The notes under the pieces: model-generated
Told to the model about the DNA's origin: nothing
The model's database searches: none
Seen by the model: the letters and a program-made list of their open reading frames with translations, nothing else
DNA from: Bdellovibrionales bacterium
GTDB lineage: Bacteria; Bdellovibrionota; Bdellovibrionia; Bdellovibrionales; UBA1609
DNA: 64,000 bases
Assembly: GCA_027317865.1 (NCBI GenBank)
Contig: DAHVQG010000002.1
Span: 192,001 to 256,000, forward strand
Direction: 5' to 3'
Shown: piece after piece, positions 37,409-47,241 of the stretch
Layout of the letters: every line of letters starts with the position of its first letter
Numbering within the stretch: the stretch's first letter is position 1
Translations under genes and position numbers: made by a program

Positions 37409-38059
37409 TCACTGCTTGCTAATCACCCGGCCGTCGGCAATTTTAACGACGTGGCTCGCCAGCGCTTCAATGTCTGCCGGATCGTGTGACACGAGAAGAG
37501 TCGGCACTTTGTACTCGTTAACAACCGCTTTTACGAGTTCGCGTGCGTCTTGACGAAGTTCTATATCAAGAGCTGAAAACGGCTCATCCAAAAATAAAAA
37601 TCTTGGATTTCGAATTAGGGCTCGAGCCAGAGCCACGCGTTGCCGTTCGCCGCCAGACAGCACCGATACTTTTCTTTTTAATATGGTTTCGATTTGCAGT
37701 CGCGTTGCCAATCGATCGAGTCGCGAGCGGGCCTCGTCCGGCGAAAGTCTCTGTGCTTTGGCGGCAAATAGAATGTTGTCTCCAGCTGTCATATGTGCAA
37801 AGAGTTCGTAATTTTGAAACACCACGGCCAAATTCCGCTTTTCGACCGGTAGTTTGGCCAGATCTTTTTCGCCCTCCGGTGTTGAAACCATCCAACTTAA
37901 ACCAGGGCAATCTTCAAGGCCAAGCAGAATCCGAATCACCGACGTTTTACCGGAACCGGATCGACCCGAAAGTGCCGTTATACCCTCATCGGCAATTTTT
38001 AATTCAGGAATTTCAATATTAAATCCATCATAGGCTTTTTTTAAATTTCGAATGATCAC
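37409..38059 (-). CDS. thiQ: ABC transporter ATP-binding subunit (ThiQ-like)
   Basis: GRSGSGKT, LSGGERQR and LDEPF motifs; third gene of the thiB-thiP unit. Confidence 0.75.
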   Translation of the reverse strand: MIIRNLKKAYDGFNIEIPELKIADEGITALSGRSGSGKTSVIRILLGLEDCPGLSWMVSTPEGEKDLAKLPVEKRNLAVVFQNYELFAHMTAGDNILFAAKAQRLSPDEARSRLDRLATRLQIETILKRKVSVLSGGERQRVALARALIRNPRFLFLDEPFSALDIELRQDARELVKAVVNEYKVPTLLVSHDPADIEALASHVVKIADGRVISKQ

Positions 38060-38072
38060 TCGAATCTCCTAT

Positions 38073-39449
38073 TTAATTTTCAACGGCAAAAATGCGTCCC
38101 AACAAGTAACAAATGAAAAACACGAACCCGCCAGTCAGAAGCGAAAGCCAGGTCACGACTGTCGCAAGCTCCATCCGGTAGCCGCCCATCAAAGACTGCG
38201 CCGTAAGTGCGAGTGTGATATCTCTGCCGGCAATTAAAGTTGCAAATGCAAAATCGCCGCTTGCCCATACGGCCGCCAATCCGCAAACCCACATCAACTC
38301 ACGCGCGCGTTGGGGCCAAACAACTTGTCGAAAAATGAGCCAGGCACCCGCTCCTTCAATGCGCGCAATATCCATTTGCCCCTCGAGCGATTTTACCATC
38401 GAGCGCCCGCGCAAACGGTAGAGAGAAGGCAAAATCAAAACCGCAAAACCGACTGAAATCACAACAAGACGCTCGGGTATCGATAGAGTTTCGACCGGTA
38501 TCAAAAGATAAATAGCAAACCCGGTGAGCACGAGGCTCGGCGCAACGTAGCCGGCTAATATACGATCGACAATTTTATGAGAGGATAAAAGGAACACACT
38601 GACAAAAAACATCCCCGTAAGCAAACTGACCGCAAACGCCTCAAAAATCGTGCCCATAAACCGCGAAAAAATCTGTTCTTTCAATACATCTGCAGCAAGC
38701 AATTGTTTAATACCGACCGACAAGCCATGCAGCGACCCGGCGATTACGACAACCGATATAAAAAGTGTCGCAAATAACGCTTGGGGGAGAAAAACTCGTC
38801 GCAAAAACCGGGGTTGCCGTTCGTTTTGACTGTAGCCTACACTTAAAACAAGCGAAAACATAAATACCAGTGCCGCTTCAAACCCGGCTAAAAGTAATGC
38901 CCGTTTGATCGCAGCATGCTGAATGAATTCGCGATAAATTAAAACTTCAATCGTGGCCCCGGTCCGCGCGCCCAACACAAGTGGTATCGAAAAACTCGTG
39001 AAACACACGACAAAAAGAAAGAAGAATAAACCCGTGGCTTCGCCTTTTAATCCACGAACGCACTGCCATATGATCCGCCACTTCGACGCCCCTTCAATCG
39101 TCGCAATTTCGATGACACCACCTAATTTAGTTTCAAGTGCGCGAGCCAGCACAACCGCTATAATGCCAAAGTTAGCCAGAACGTGCGCAATCACCACGCC
39201 GTAAATCCCAAACGGAAAAGTCGTCAATGAGCCGACTATATTCAGAGTCGCAAGTATTACAAATAGCGCGGGCAATAGCCCTGGGAGCAAAAGTATCACC
39301 TCGCCCAAACGCCTCTGCATGCCCTGACGAAATCCGACGATTCCAAACGCGCCCAAAAAACCGACAAGAATTGCTATAGAAGCCGAGAGCAACGACTGTG
39401 CGAGTGAAAACGCAAAGACGCTCGAAAACTCATTCAGAAATTCTGCCAT
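38073..39449 (-). CDS. thiP: ABC transporter permease with two EAA-like loops (ThiP-like)
   Basis: Polytopic; IATIEGA and IARIEGA loops; SF.IPL.LG...TIEVLIY. Confidence 0.8.
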   Translation of the reverse strand: MAEFLNEFSSVFAFSLAQSLLSASIAILVGFLGAFGIVGFRQGMQRRLGEVILLLPGLLPALFVILATLNIVGSLTTFPFGIYGVVIAHVLANFGIIAVVLARALETKLGGVIEIATIEGASKWRIIWQCVRGLKGEATGLFFFLFVVCFTSFSIPLVLGARTGATIEVLIYREFIQHAAIKRALLLAGFEAALVFMFSLVLSVGYSQNERQPRFLRRVFLPQALFATLFISVVVIAGSLHGLSVGIKQLLAADVLKEQIFSRFMGTIFEAFAVSLLTGMFFVSVFLLSSHKIVDRILAGYVAPSLVLTGFAIYLLIPVETLSIPERLVVISVGFAVLILPSLYRLRGRSMVKSLEGQMDIARIEGAGAWLIFRQVVWPQRARELMWVCGLAAVWASGDFAFATLIAGRDITLALTAQSLMGGYRMELATVVTWLSLLTGGFVFFICYLLGRIFAVEN

Positions 39450-40477
39450 GCCTGAATCAGTTCATTTTGTTTATGCGCAAACTTACCGAGCCCTTCGCGC
39501 CCCAAAACCTTAACTTTCGGCAAATCCCGAAAGGCTCCGCTTAGCGGCACACCGGCGATTACGGGGTACATAAAGTTTTTTTCAGCTAGTACCTTTTGAT
39601 TTTGAACCGTCAAAAGGTCGCGGACAAAATCTTTTGCCGTTGCGCAGTCCCAGCATGAATCAGGAACAAAAGCATATTCAATCTGCGCAGGCTGCCCTTC
39701 TTGAAACGGCATAAATTGATATCGATGATCTTTTTCAACCTGCCAATGATATACAAGAGAAGTCAGATAACTAAATGCGATTTTAGCTTGGCCGCTTTTA
39801 AATAATCCGTATGCCATTGACCATGTTGGCGCGACTGTTTCGGTCACTCGACGCAAAGACTGAAGCGCACCACGAACATTTGTTTGCGTTCGAAAAATCC
39901 AATACAACCACTCAAGCCCCGCCGAGCTAAGCCCTGGATCTTCTAGCACCAACGACTTTGCTGGCGCCATTTTTAAGAATTCCGCAAGGCTTTTAAACGG
40001 TTTTACTTCGCCCCGGCGATAAACAAAACCCATTGGCGACCAGTCGTACGGAACATAACGGGGGAAGACCATTGTATGAACTTCTTTTCGAAAGTTCTCA
40101 TTAGGCAACATCACTTCTTGGGTCGGAATCGATTTCGAAACGTTTTCCAGATCGAGCAGGTCGACACCCAAAACCACATCGACCCGGCGAGTTGGGTCGA
40201 GTTTCATTTTGTCGATAGCTGTTTGAGCGCCTCCCATATCGACGTAGTCAACCGTACAACCACACGTTTTCTCAAAATTCTTCTTTATTTCTTCACCGGG
40301 CCCAAACGAACTTATGAAACTTTTAGGCGCATAAACAATAAGGCGAATTTCGTGTTTTTGGGTTTCATGTTGCATGATCGTTTGTCTAAAAAAATAACCG
40401 ATGATTGCCGCAAAAATACCGACTACAATAAACATTAAAATCAGCGAAATTTTCGATATATTCAGCTTCGAATTCAT
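39434..40477 (-). CDS. thiB: Thiamine ABC transporter substrate-binding protein
   Basis: SF.S.FGPG..IK..FEKTCGC, DVVLGVD, PYDW, WSMAYGLF..G and SY.TS motifs of TbpA/ThiB. Confidence 0.88.
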   Translation of the reverse strand: MNSKLNISKISLILMFIVVGIFAAIIGYFFRQTIMQHETQKHEIRLIVYAPKSFISSFGPGEEIKKNFEKTCGCTVDYVDMGGAQTAIDKMKLDPTRRVDVVLGVDLLDLENVSKSIPTQEVMLPNENFRKEVHTMVFPRYVPYDWSPMGFVYRRGEVKPFKSLAEFLKMAPAKSLVLEDPGLSSAGLEWLYWIFRTQTNVRGALQSLRRVTETVAPTWSMAYGLFKSGQAKIAFSYLTSLVYHWQVEKDHRYQFMPFQEGQPAQIEYAFVPDSCWDCATAKDFVRDLLTVQNQKVLAEKNFMYPVIAGVPLSGAFRDLPKVKVLGREGLGKFAHKQNELIQAWQNF

Positions 40478-40498
40478 TTCAACCCTTCAGGCCAATTT

Positions 40499-40981
40499 TT
40501 ACCACCATAGTCCCCGCTGGCGCTTATAAAAGTAATAATCGAGACCGAAACAGCGGCCCGCGCCCACCCAGAACATAACGACAAACAAAGCAAGATAGGT
40601 TTGCTCGAGCACCGTCAAATTTGGGCCGCCAATGTAAATAAAATTAAGCGTTAGTAAAATTCCGAGTAAAGACGCCGGTCGGACAAAGAGCCCTATTAGA
40701 AAACAAATTCCAATAATGAACTCGCAGTAGGTAATGAAATAGGCAAAAATGCGCCAATCGGGGACGACAACGTATTGCAAGAAATTGGCGTACCAACCCG
40801 GCAGGTTGCGCTGTGGTAGGTTATCCATAATCATCGCGGCGAGCTTTGGCTGCGTTAAAAAATTACCGCTGAGTCGAATGAGCGCCGAACTCAAAAAATA
40901 ATACCCAAGAAAAATCCGCATTAGCGCGATCGGGTAAAGATGCCCGACATATTTTGCGCTTTCGAAAAATGAAACAAACAT
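40499..40981 (-). CDS. DoxX/DoxD-family membrane protein
   Basis: RIFLG, E..IG...L.GLF.R and GAGR.FGLD motifs. Confidence 0.85.
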   Translation of the reverse strand: MFVSFFESAKYVGHLYPIALMRIFLGYYFLSSALIRLSGNFLTQPKLAAMIMDNLPQRNLPGWYANFLQYVVVPDWRIFAYFITYCEFIIGICFLIGLFVRPASLLGILLTLNFIYIGGPNLTVLEQTYLALFVVMFWVGAGRCFGLDYYFYKRQRGLWW

Positions 40982-41007
40982 GAGGCACAACCCCCTGATT
41001 TCAGAGT

Positions 41008-41658
41008 TTAAATTACGCCAAGTTTCGGGCAAATGTCATTGAGAAAGCATCCGTCGCAATTTGGCTTGCGCGCCTTGCAGACACCCCTTCCGTGAAGAAT
41101 AAGCCAATGCGAAAAATTCACCCAATGCCTTTTCGGGATGAGGTCATTTAACTCCTCTTCAATAGCTTCGGCCGTTTTACCTTTCGAAAGTGCCAATCGA
41201 CAGCTAAGGCGGGTCACGTGGGTGTCAACGACAACTCCGGACGCGATACCAAACGCATTGCCCAAAACAACATTTGCGGTTTTTCGGCCAACACCGGGCA
41301 ACTCCACGAGCGCCTCTATCGTTGAGGGCACCTGGCCGCCGTGTTCAGTCACAATCGAACGGGCTGCGGCTATGATATTTCGGGCTTTATTTTTATAAAA
41401 ACCTGTCGAACGAATGTCCTGCTCCAGTTCGCTGTGTTTAGCGTCAGCAAACGCCTGTATTGACGGGTATTTTTTAAACAACGTTTTTGTCACAATGTTG
41501 ACACGTTCGTCGGTGCACTGTGCGCTCAGAATTGTTGCAACTAAAAGTTCACCGGGATTTGTATGATGAAGCGCACACTCGGGATGCGGCATTCTTTTCT
41601 GAAACCTTTTGATGATTTCACGAACACGCCTCCGTTTTTGGTCTAGGCTTTCTCGCAT
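41008..41658 (-). CDS. nth: Endonuclease III
   Basis: LSAQCTDERVN, LPGVGRKTANVV, VDTHV and the Fe-S motif C-x6-C-x2-C-x5-C. Confidence 0.97.
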   Translation of the reverse strand: MRESLDQKRRRVREIIKRFQKRMPHPECALHHTNPGELLVATILSAQCTDERVNIVTKTLFKKYPSIQAFADAKHSELEQDIRSTGFYKNKARNIIAAARSIVTEHGGQVPSTIEALVELPGVGRKTANVVLGNAFGIASGVVVDTHVTRLSCRLALSKGKTAEAIEEELNDLIPKRHWVNFSHWLILHGRGVCKARKPNCDGCFLNDICPKLGVI

Positions 41659-41778
41659 AATTCTCCTTGAGCATGATGCTTAAATTGTCACACGGACTCT
41701 CGACCAGTTGGTACTAGAAAGACGACGGCAACGTCCACAGAAATTGTTACACTTAAAAGGTGTTCAAAGGAGCCGATT

Positions 41779-42876
41779 ATGTCGAATGATGAACCGCGCG
41801 CGCCGCTTGAATCTGAGGTGCCTGAAGTCATTGGGTTTCTCGATCATTTGTTGCGCCCAGAGCGCAATTGGTCGATCGCCGCCGAATACCCCCAAGTTTT
41901 CACCGCCCCCAATCGCGAGAATTTGCGGATTATAAAGCACAACGGGCCGATCATTGCCCATGCGGCAACCAAGTTTTTAATTATCAAAACTCACTTTGGT
42001 TTATTCAAAGTAGCCGCCATAGGCAGCGTCGTAACAGACCCTAATCATCGAAATCTTGGGTATAGCCGCAGCATCATGAATAGTTGTTTACAAATTGCCG
42101 AAGAGGGCTGTGCCGACTTTGCCATCTTATGGAGCGACCTCTACGATTTTTACGGCAAACTAGGGTTTGAATTGGCAGGACGCGAGATAAGCTTTGTAAT
42201 CGACCAACTGCCAGATCTTGCAACCAAGTCTGATCTTTTGCCCATGCATGAATTGCGCATTGTTCAGTCGCCTAAGGTGGCTCCAGAGGCTATTCTCCGT
42301 CTTTACGGACAACACCCCTGCGGAACAGTTCGGACAGCCGAAGATATTCGGCGGCATTTGACTATTCCGAACTCGCGCGTCTACACAGCATGGGACCGCA
42401 GCAATCAACTTCGTGCTTACGCCGTCGAAGGTAAAGGCGGGGATCTTAAAGGCTATATTCATGAATGGGGTGGCGGCGTTTCTGCACTTTTGCCGCTTTT
42501 TGCCCACATTCGCCGCGAAGCCGGTCAACCCATTACCGTGATCGCTCCGTCACACGCCGAAAATCTCATCCGCCACCTAAAAGAATGGCCAACGCTTGTT
42601 CACGAGGGTTTTCTTGGTATGATTCGAATTATAAACAGGCGCAATTTATTTTTAAAAATCACCCGGCGCGCGAAACAATTAGGGCTCCACGATTTTGTGA
42701 TTGAATCCGAAGGCGATCAAGTCAGAGTCGGAACCGCCACAGATCTTGTGACTCTTTCAACGCCCGCCGAAATTACCCGACTCATCTTTGGCCCCCACCC
42801 TTTAGGGGCGCTGAACCCGGCGTACAAAGAGTTATTCCCGATCCCAATGTGGATCTGGGGATGGGATTCGGTATGA
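41779..42876 (+). CDS. GNAT acetyltransferase (Eis-like architecture)
   Basis: IGSVVTDPNHRNLGYS acetyl-CoA motif, FYGKLGFE; C-terminal aromatic/Asp end. Confidence 0.85.
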   Translation: MSNDEPRAPLESEVPEVIGFLDHLLRPERNWSIAAEYPQVFTAPNRENLRIIKHNGPIIAHAATKFLIIKTHFGLFKVAAIGSVVTDPNHRNLGYSRSIMNSCLQIAEEGCADFAILWSDLYDFYGKLGFELAGREISFVIDQLPDLATKSDLLPMHELRIVQSPKVAPEAILRLYGQHPCGTVRTAEDIRRHLTIPNSRVYTAWDRSNQLRAYAVEGKGGDLKGYIHEWGGGVSALLPLFAHIRREAGQPITVIAPSHAENLIRHLKEWPTLVHEGFLGMIRIINRRNLFLKITRRAKQLGLHDFVIESEGDQVRVGTATDLVTLSTPAEITRLIFGPHPLGALNPAYKELFPIPMWIWGWDSV

Positions 42877-43712
42877 ACGGTTCGCTTGCGTTATTTAGTT
42901 TGCTGACTGCGGCTTTATTAACAGGTTGCATGGGAACTCATATAAAAGCTCGCAATGCACCACTCGGCAAAGAAGCATCCGCAAGTGCCGTTTTGAGCGC
43001 CTATGAACAAGCAACCAGCGGGATAAGCATTGCAAACGCAAAAGTGGGATCGTGCGCCACTTATGAATTAAATTATCGCATCAACGCCGACCCCGTGATT
43101 ATGTCCCAGTTGGTGAAATATAAATTGTTGGGAATAAGCGCGGCAGCGCAATCAGTTGTATTTAATGTTTTTGAAGACTCTTACGATTTCTTCCCGTCAG
43201 GAGCTATAAAAAATCAAGTTCATCGCCAACTGTCATTGGCATTTCAAACGAATTCGATCCGGCCCTTATTTACCGCACCGACCAGCCAATGCAACGGCAA
43301 GGTTCGCGACGACGGTGATGGAATAAAATATGACTGCGTACGATACTATAATCTTAAAACAGACGATGTGCCCGTCCCGGCGCCACTCGCTGTCCAAGAA
43401 AAACCCGACTGTCTTGGATTTGCCGGATGTAATATTCCGGTTCATCACATCAGCTTTGATGCCGTTAAATTTCTTCACGGTAAAGAAGTCAACAAGACGA
43501 CAGTGGACGCGCGATTTTCAACGGCTATACCGGATCTATTTTACTTACCACAACCCGACGGCTCCTACGTCTACACACAAGCATCGACCAGTTTTTGCAC
43601 AACAACTGTTGAGACGGGTCCGGACAATAGTAATTACATGGTGCGATTTTGCTCCGTGTTGCGCGATATGCAACCCGACGGCAACGGCGACTGTTTTCCG
43701 CCCACTCCCTAA
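42873..43712 (+). CDS. Cys-rich lipoprotein, function unknown
   Basis: Lipobox LLTGC; ATGA overlap with the GNAT stop. Confidence 0.75.
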   Translation: MNGSLALFSLLTAALLTGCMGTHIKARNAPLGKEASASAVLSAYEQATSGISIANAKVGSCATYELNYRINADPVIMSQLVKYKLLGISAAAQSVVFNVFEDSYDFFPSGAIKNQVHRQLSLAFQTNSIRPLFTAPTSQCNGKVRDDGDGIKYDCVRYYNLKTDDVPVPAPLAVQEKPDCLGFAGCNIPVHHISFDAVKFLHGKEVNKTTVDARFSTAIPDLFYLPQPDGSYVYTQASTSFCTTTVETGPDNSNYMVRFCSVLRDMQPDGNGDCFPPTP

Positions 43713-43819
43713 CAGTAGAGCCGCCAATGATCGGCACTTTGATCCACTTTATTAGGCCTGTTTAAATATCGAGATCAATTTATCCTGGCTGGCTAATCGA
43801 CGAAGTTCGAAATAGCCTG

Positions 43820-44647
43820 TTGCCAATGAGGGCCTGGCGACTAGGTAAAATTTTATTCGTAATTTTAATTTTTTTGCCGGCAACGGCATCAGCCAAGGTA
43901 CCGCTCGCCTCGCCGGCGTGGGATTTAGTACCAAGAATTTTCGATAAGTCGTTGGGTAATTTCATAGAAAATGATTATAAATCTCAAGAATGTCCGATTG
44001 GTTTTATCGAAAATTACATCGGCAAGATGGCTGAACAGATCGATCACATCGCGCGGACCCACTCGTCGCACGATGTTCATCTTCTCAGTTCAGATATTCC
44101 AGTCGCCTTCTCGCTCCCTAACGGCACAATTTATATCAGCGTGGAAATGCTAAAGCTGTTCGACTCCGAATCGGAACTAGCGAACATTGTTGCCCACGAA
44201 GTCGCGCACTCCGTCTATCGAACGTTTTCCTCTGGAATCGTCATTTTAACAGGAACCTATGGAGCGATATTGGCCACGCAACTTTTACTGAAGCAACCCA
44301 TTGACCGCACAATCTTAAATGGGCGTTTACTGGCGGCAACGGTAGCGCTCTTAGCTTACGATATTCGTGATGAGGCACGTGCTGATAAATTTGCAATATA
44401 TACAGCTGCCCGCGCCGGATACGATCCTTATGGCATGTACCGCGCATTCTCGGCTTTAAAACTCTGGTTCAATCTGTACCCTGAAGAAAAGCATTTTGAT
44501 ATATTTCACCCTCCGCTTAACTTAAGAATTCGCAATTCGTTGAAGTTCGCTCAACAACTCGCCCCCCGGCGAGAGCGAGAGTATCCAAATTCTTGGCGAT
44601 TTAATGTAATGAAACGAATGCTTTCTCTTTGCGTGCCGACTGATTAG
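43820..44647 (+). CDS. M48-family zinc metallopeptidase
   Basis: AFSLPNG.I, ELA...AHEVAH, E.RAD, AGYDP and HPP...RI motifs; signal peptide. Confidence 0.9.
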   Translation: MPMRAWRLGKILFVILIFLPATASAKVPLASPAWDLVPRIFDKSLGNFIENDYKSQECPIGFIENYIGKMAEQIDHIARTHSSHDVHLLSSDIPVAFSLPNGTIYISVEMLKLFDSESELANIVAHEVAHSVYRTFSSGIVILTGTYGAILATQLLLKQPIDRTILNGRLLAATVALLAYDIRDEARADKFAIYTAARAGYDPYGMYRAFSALKLWFNLYPEEKHFDIFHPPLNLRIRNSLKFAQQLAPRREREYPNSWRFNVMKRMLSLCVPTD

Positions 44648-44662
44648 AACAAGATTTGCCAA

Positions 44663-45349
44663 TTAGCTTTTCGATAAAAGCGAGCGATGAATATCCTTGG
44701 CCGCAATAAAGCGAAATCCACAACCAAATCGACCAGAAAATCGGCCCGTTGCGGTTGTCCAAATGACTTTGGCGTTAAAGGTATATTCGCTGTTTGTGTC
44801 GCTTAAGAAAATTTTGAGGCGAACGACATCGCCAACGGCTAAAAGACTGTTTGATTCAAACTCACAATAGGCGCCGCCTTTTGAAAGGTTGTACATACTC
44901 GTCAGAAGATTATCACCGTCGTCTAAAGATTCGATTTGCGCAATTTGGTTCGTGTTGAAACGCCGAAAAACTTGTTTCGGTACACGTTTTGCGACGAGCA
45001 GCTTGCGCACAAGCCCCACGACATTCCGATTGGTAACAGGGCGCACAAGCGTGTGCACGTCTGACATATATTTGACCTTCTGAACCGTTTCGCTACTCGA
45101 AGTATCGGTAATAACTACGATTGAAAAGGAGTAATGGGCATTGCGAAGACGATCGATCAAAAACAGGTCGTCATTCTCTAAATTCGATTTGACAACAACC
45201 ACCGCACTGAAAACAAGTTGCTCAATCTGAGCTTTTAAATCATCTTCATTACTTGCTTCAAAAATTTGATACGGCAATTCGCGTTCAATCATTTGTCGAA
45301 CTTCCGGCGCACCGTCCTGACGACTGCCGAAAACTAAGATTTTTTGCAT
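44663..45349 (-). CDS. Degenerate receiver domain + PilZ domain protein
   Basis: N-terminal REC-like fold lacking the acidic pocket; C-terminal RRF...NLSKGG...AKVIW...GFRF PilZ pattern. Confidence 0.8.
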   Translation of the reverse strand: MQKILVFGSRQDGAPEVRQMIERELPYQIFEASNEDDLKAQIEQLVFSAVVVVKSNLENDDLFLIDRLRNAHYSFSIVVITDTSSSETVQKVKYMSDVHTLVRPVTNRNVVGLVRKLLVAKRVPKQVFRRFNTNQIAQIESLDDGDNLLTSMYNLSKGGAYCEFESNSLLAVGDVVRLKIFLSDTNSEYTFNAKVIWTTATGRFSGRFGCGFRFIAAKDIHRSLLSKS

Positions 45350-45376
45350 GTCCTTTTGCCTCCGCTTTTATAAAAC

Positions 45377-45405
45377 CTTTCGGCAAAAGGTCGTGAAGCG
45401 CTTAA
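45377..45405 (-). promoter_or_regulatory. Candidate sigma28 promoter for the PilZ gene
   Basis: TTAAG-N16-GCCGAAAG ending 27 nt upstream of the ATG. Confidence 0.35.
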
Positions 45406-45522
45406 AAGACGCGGAAAATGTCTAATGTTTGACATTTGGGAGGCAAAATTTCGAGATGAGACGCAATGTTTTCGCAGATACGCCGTCTCAAAATAAGACG
45501 ACAATAATTTCGACGAAAAAAT

Positions 45523-45900
45523 TCAGTTACCGCACTGTGCGCTTGCGCCGTCAGTGGTCAATAGCTGCACATTGTACTGCGTCTGCCTTTGCGTACCTTT
45601 GCGGCCGCTCGAAACCAAGCAAAAACGCGCTATATATGAACCCGCTTGATATTGTGGGCACTCAGCTCCGAATGATTCAATTGGGGCCATAAGCAACGTG
45701 CGCCCATATGGCGCCTTTGTTCCTACGCCGACGATTTCATTCAATAAAACCGTATGACCAGTCAGCTCGACCGAATAGACCGGCGCGAGCAGGCCAGCGG
45801 TAGCACCTTTAAAAACTGGTGCGCCACAGCTGTAGATTGTTGATGCAAACGACGAAGCGCTTATTCCCAAGACGGCAATCAAAACAAACAATTTTCTCAT
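45523..45900 (-). CDS. Small secreted protein with four Cys
   Basis: Classical signal peptide (SFA), GGAGGG SD. Confidence 0.75.
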   Translation of the reverse strand: MRKLFVLIAVLGISASSFASTIYSCGAPVFKGATAGLLAPVYSVELTGHTVLLNEIVGVGTKAPYGRTLLMAPIESFGAECPQYQAGSYIARFCLVSSGRKGTQRQTQYNVQLLTTDGASAQCGN

Positions 45901-46020
45901 TTTCGCCCTCCGCGATTAGGGATCGCCGAATTATTCGCGATGAGCGCTAAAAACGCAAACTGATTCGCCAGGGTTGCAAATTTTATCAAACATTAATGCA
46001 ATCTGTTCTCGACTCGGGCA

Positions 46021-47148
46021 TTAAGGATACTTCAAACCCTGCTTGCCAACCCACTTGCCACGCGGACGATAAATCCGGTTATTGCCGTACTGTTCAAATA
46101 CGTGCGCAAGCCAACCGCTCACACGCGAAACCGCAAATATAGGCGTGAACAAATCAGTAGGTATGCCCATGCTGTAATACACGGTCGCGGAATAAAAATC
46201 GACATTGGGCAGAAGTCCTTTTTCCCTTTGAACAGTGTCATCAATCATAGCGGACATCTGATACCAATGCGGTTCGCCAATTTTCTTTGTGATTTCTTCG
46301 CTCATTTTGCGAAGTATCTTGGCGCGAGGATCTCCGTTTTTGTAAACACGGTGACCAAATCCCATTACCTTTTCTTTGTTCGCTAGCGCATTTTCGATCC
46401 ATTTTTTAGCCGCATCTACAGAACCGATTTTTTTCAACATGAGCATAACCTGCTCGTTAGCGCCGCCGTGTAGCGGCCCTTTTAGCGTGCCAATGGCGCT
46501 TGTGATGTCAGAATAAATATCGCTTAAAGACGACGCGGTCACACGGGCTGAAAATGCCGAACAATTAAGTTCATGATCGGCATGTAAAATTAAACAGACG
46601 TCAAAAATGTGCACGATGTCCGCATCCGGTTCTTTGCCGAATAACATGTGCAAGAAATTCCAGGCGATCGATTTTTCAGGATTGGCCGGCACAAAAGGTT
46701 GGCCCTTTCGCGTCCGTTCAAATAATGCAACAAGAGGCCCCATTTTCGCGACAAGGCGTTTGCCGATACGGCGCTGATTTTCAACATCGAGTTTTTGTGA
46801 ATCTTGATCCCATAGCGCAAGACTTGAAACTGCGGTTCTTAGCCATGCCATCGGATGAACATTTTGAGTTGGGAGCCCCTGCAAGTGTTTGACCAGATCA
46901 GGTGCCAGCGTCATCTCCGCGAGCAACTCTTTTCGAAACTGCTTAAGTTCGTCTTTGTTGGGGAGTTTGTCGTTCCATAGCAAGTAAATAACTTCTTCAA
47001 AGGTGGATTTGGCGGCAATATCTTCAATTGTATAACCGCGAAAGCACAACGTCGCATCGACGATCGAAGATATGCCGGTCGTGCATGCCACAACTCCTTC
47101 GAGACCTTTATCTATCGCGCCTTCATAGATTTCGACTGGAGCGGACAT
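46021..47148 (-). CDS. Citrate synthase / 2-methylcitrate synthase (short dimeric type)
   Basis: GLEGV, DHELN, GPLHGGA, GFGHRVYK.GDPR and PNVDFYS motifs. Confidence 0.93.
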   Translation of the reverse strand: MSAPVEIYEGAIDKGLEGVVACTTGISSIVDATLCFRGYTIEDIAAKSTFEEVIYLLWNDKLPNKDELKQFRKELLAEMTLAPDLVKHLQGLPTQNVHPMAWLRTAVSSLALWDQDSQKLDVENQRRIGKRLVAKMGPLVALFERTRKGQPFVPANPEKSIAWNFLHMLFGKEPDADIVHIFDVCLILHADHELNCSAFSARVTASSLSDIYSDITSAIGTLKGPLHGGANEQVMLMLKKIGSVDAAKKWIENALANKEKVMGFGHRVYKNGDPRAKILRKMSEEITKKIGEPHWYQMSAMIDDTVQREKGLLPNVDFYSATVYYSMGIPTDLFTPIFAVSRVSGWLAHVFEQYGNNRIYRPRGKWVGKQGLKYP

Positions 47149-47241
47149 GTTAAATACCTCCTCGTATTTTGGTTCGTTGACTGACACTCACCTATTTGAT
47201 TTAGATCAATAGTGTAACGAATCAGCGCCCAATTCGGTAGA

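Noticed and set aside
45955-45970. TGGCG...TTTGC sigma54-like element before the 45523-45900 gene
   Set aside because: GG-to-GC spacing is 11 nt; sigma54 requires 10.
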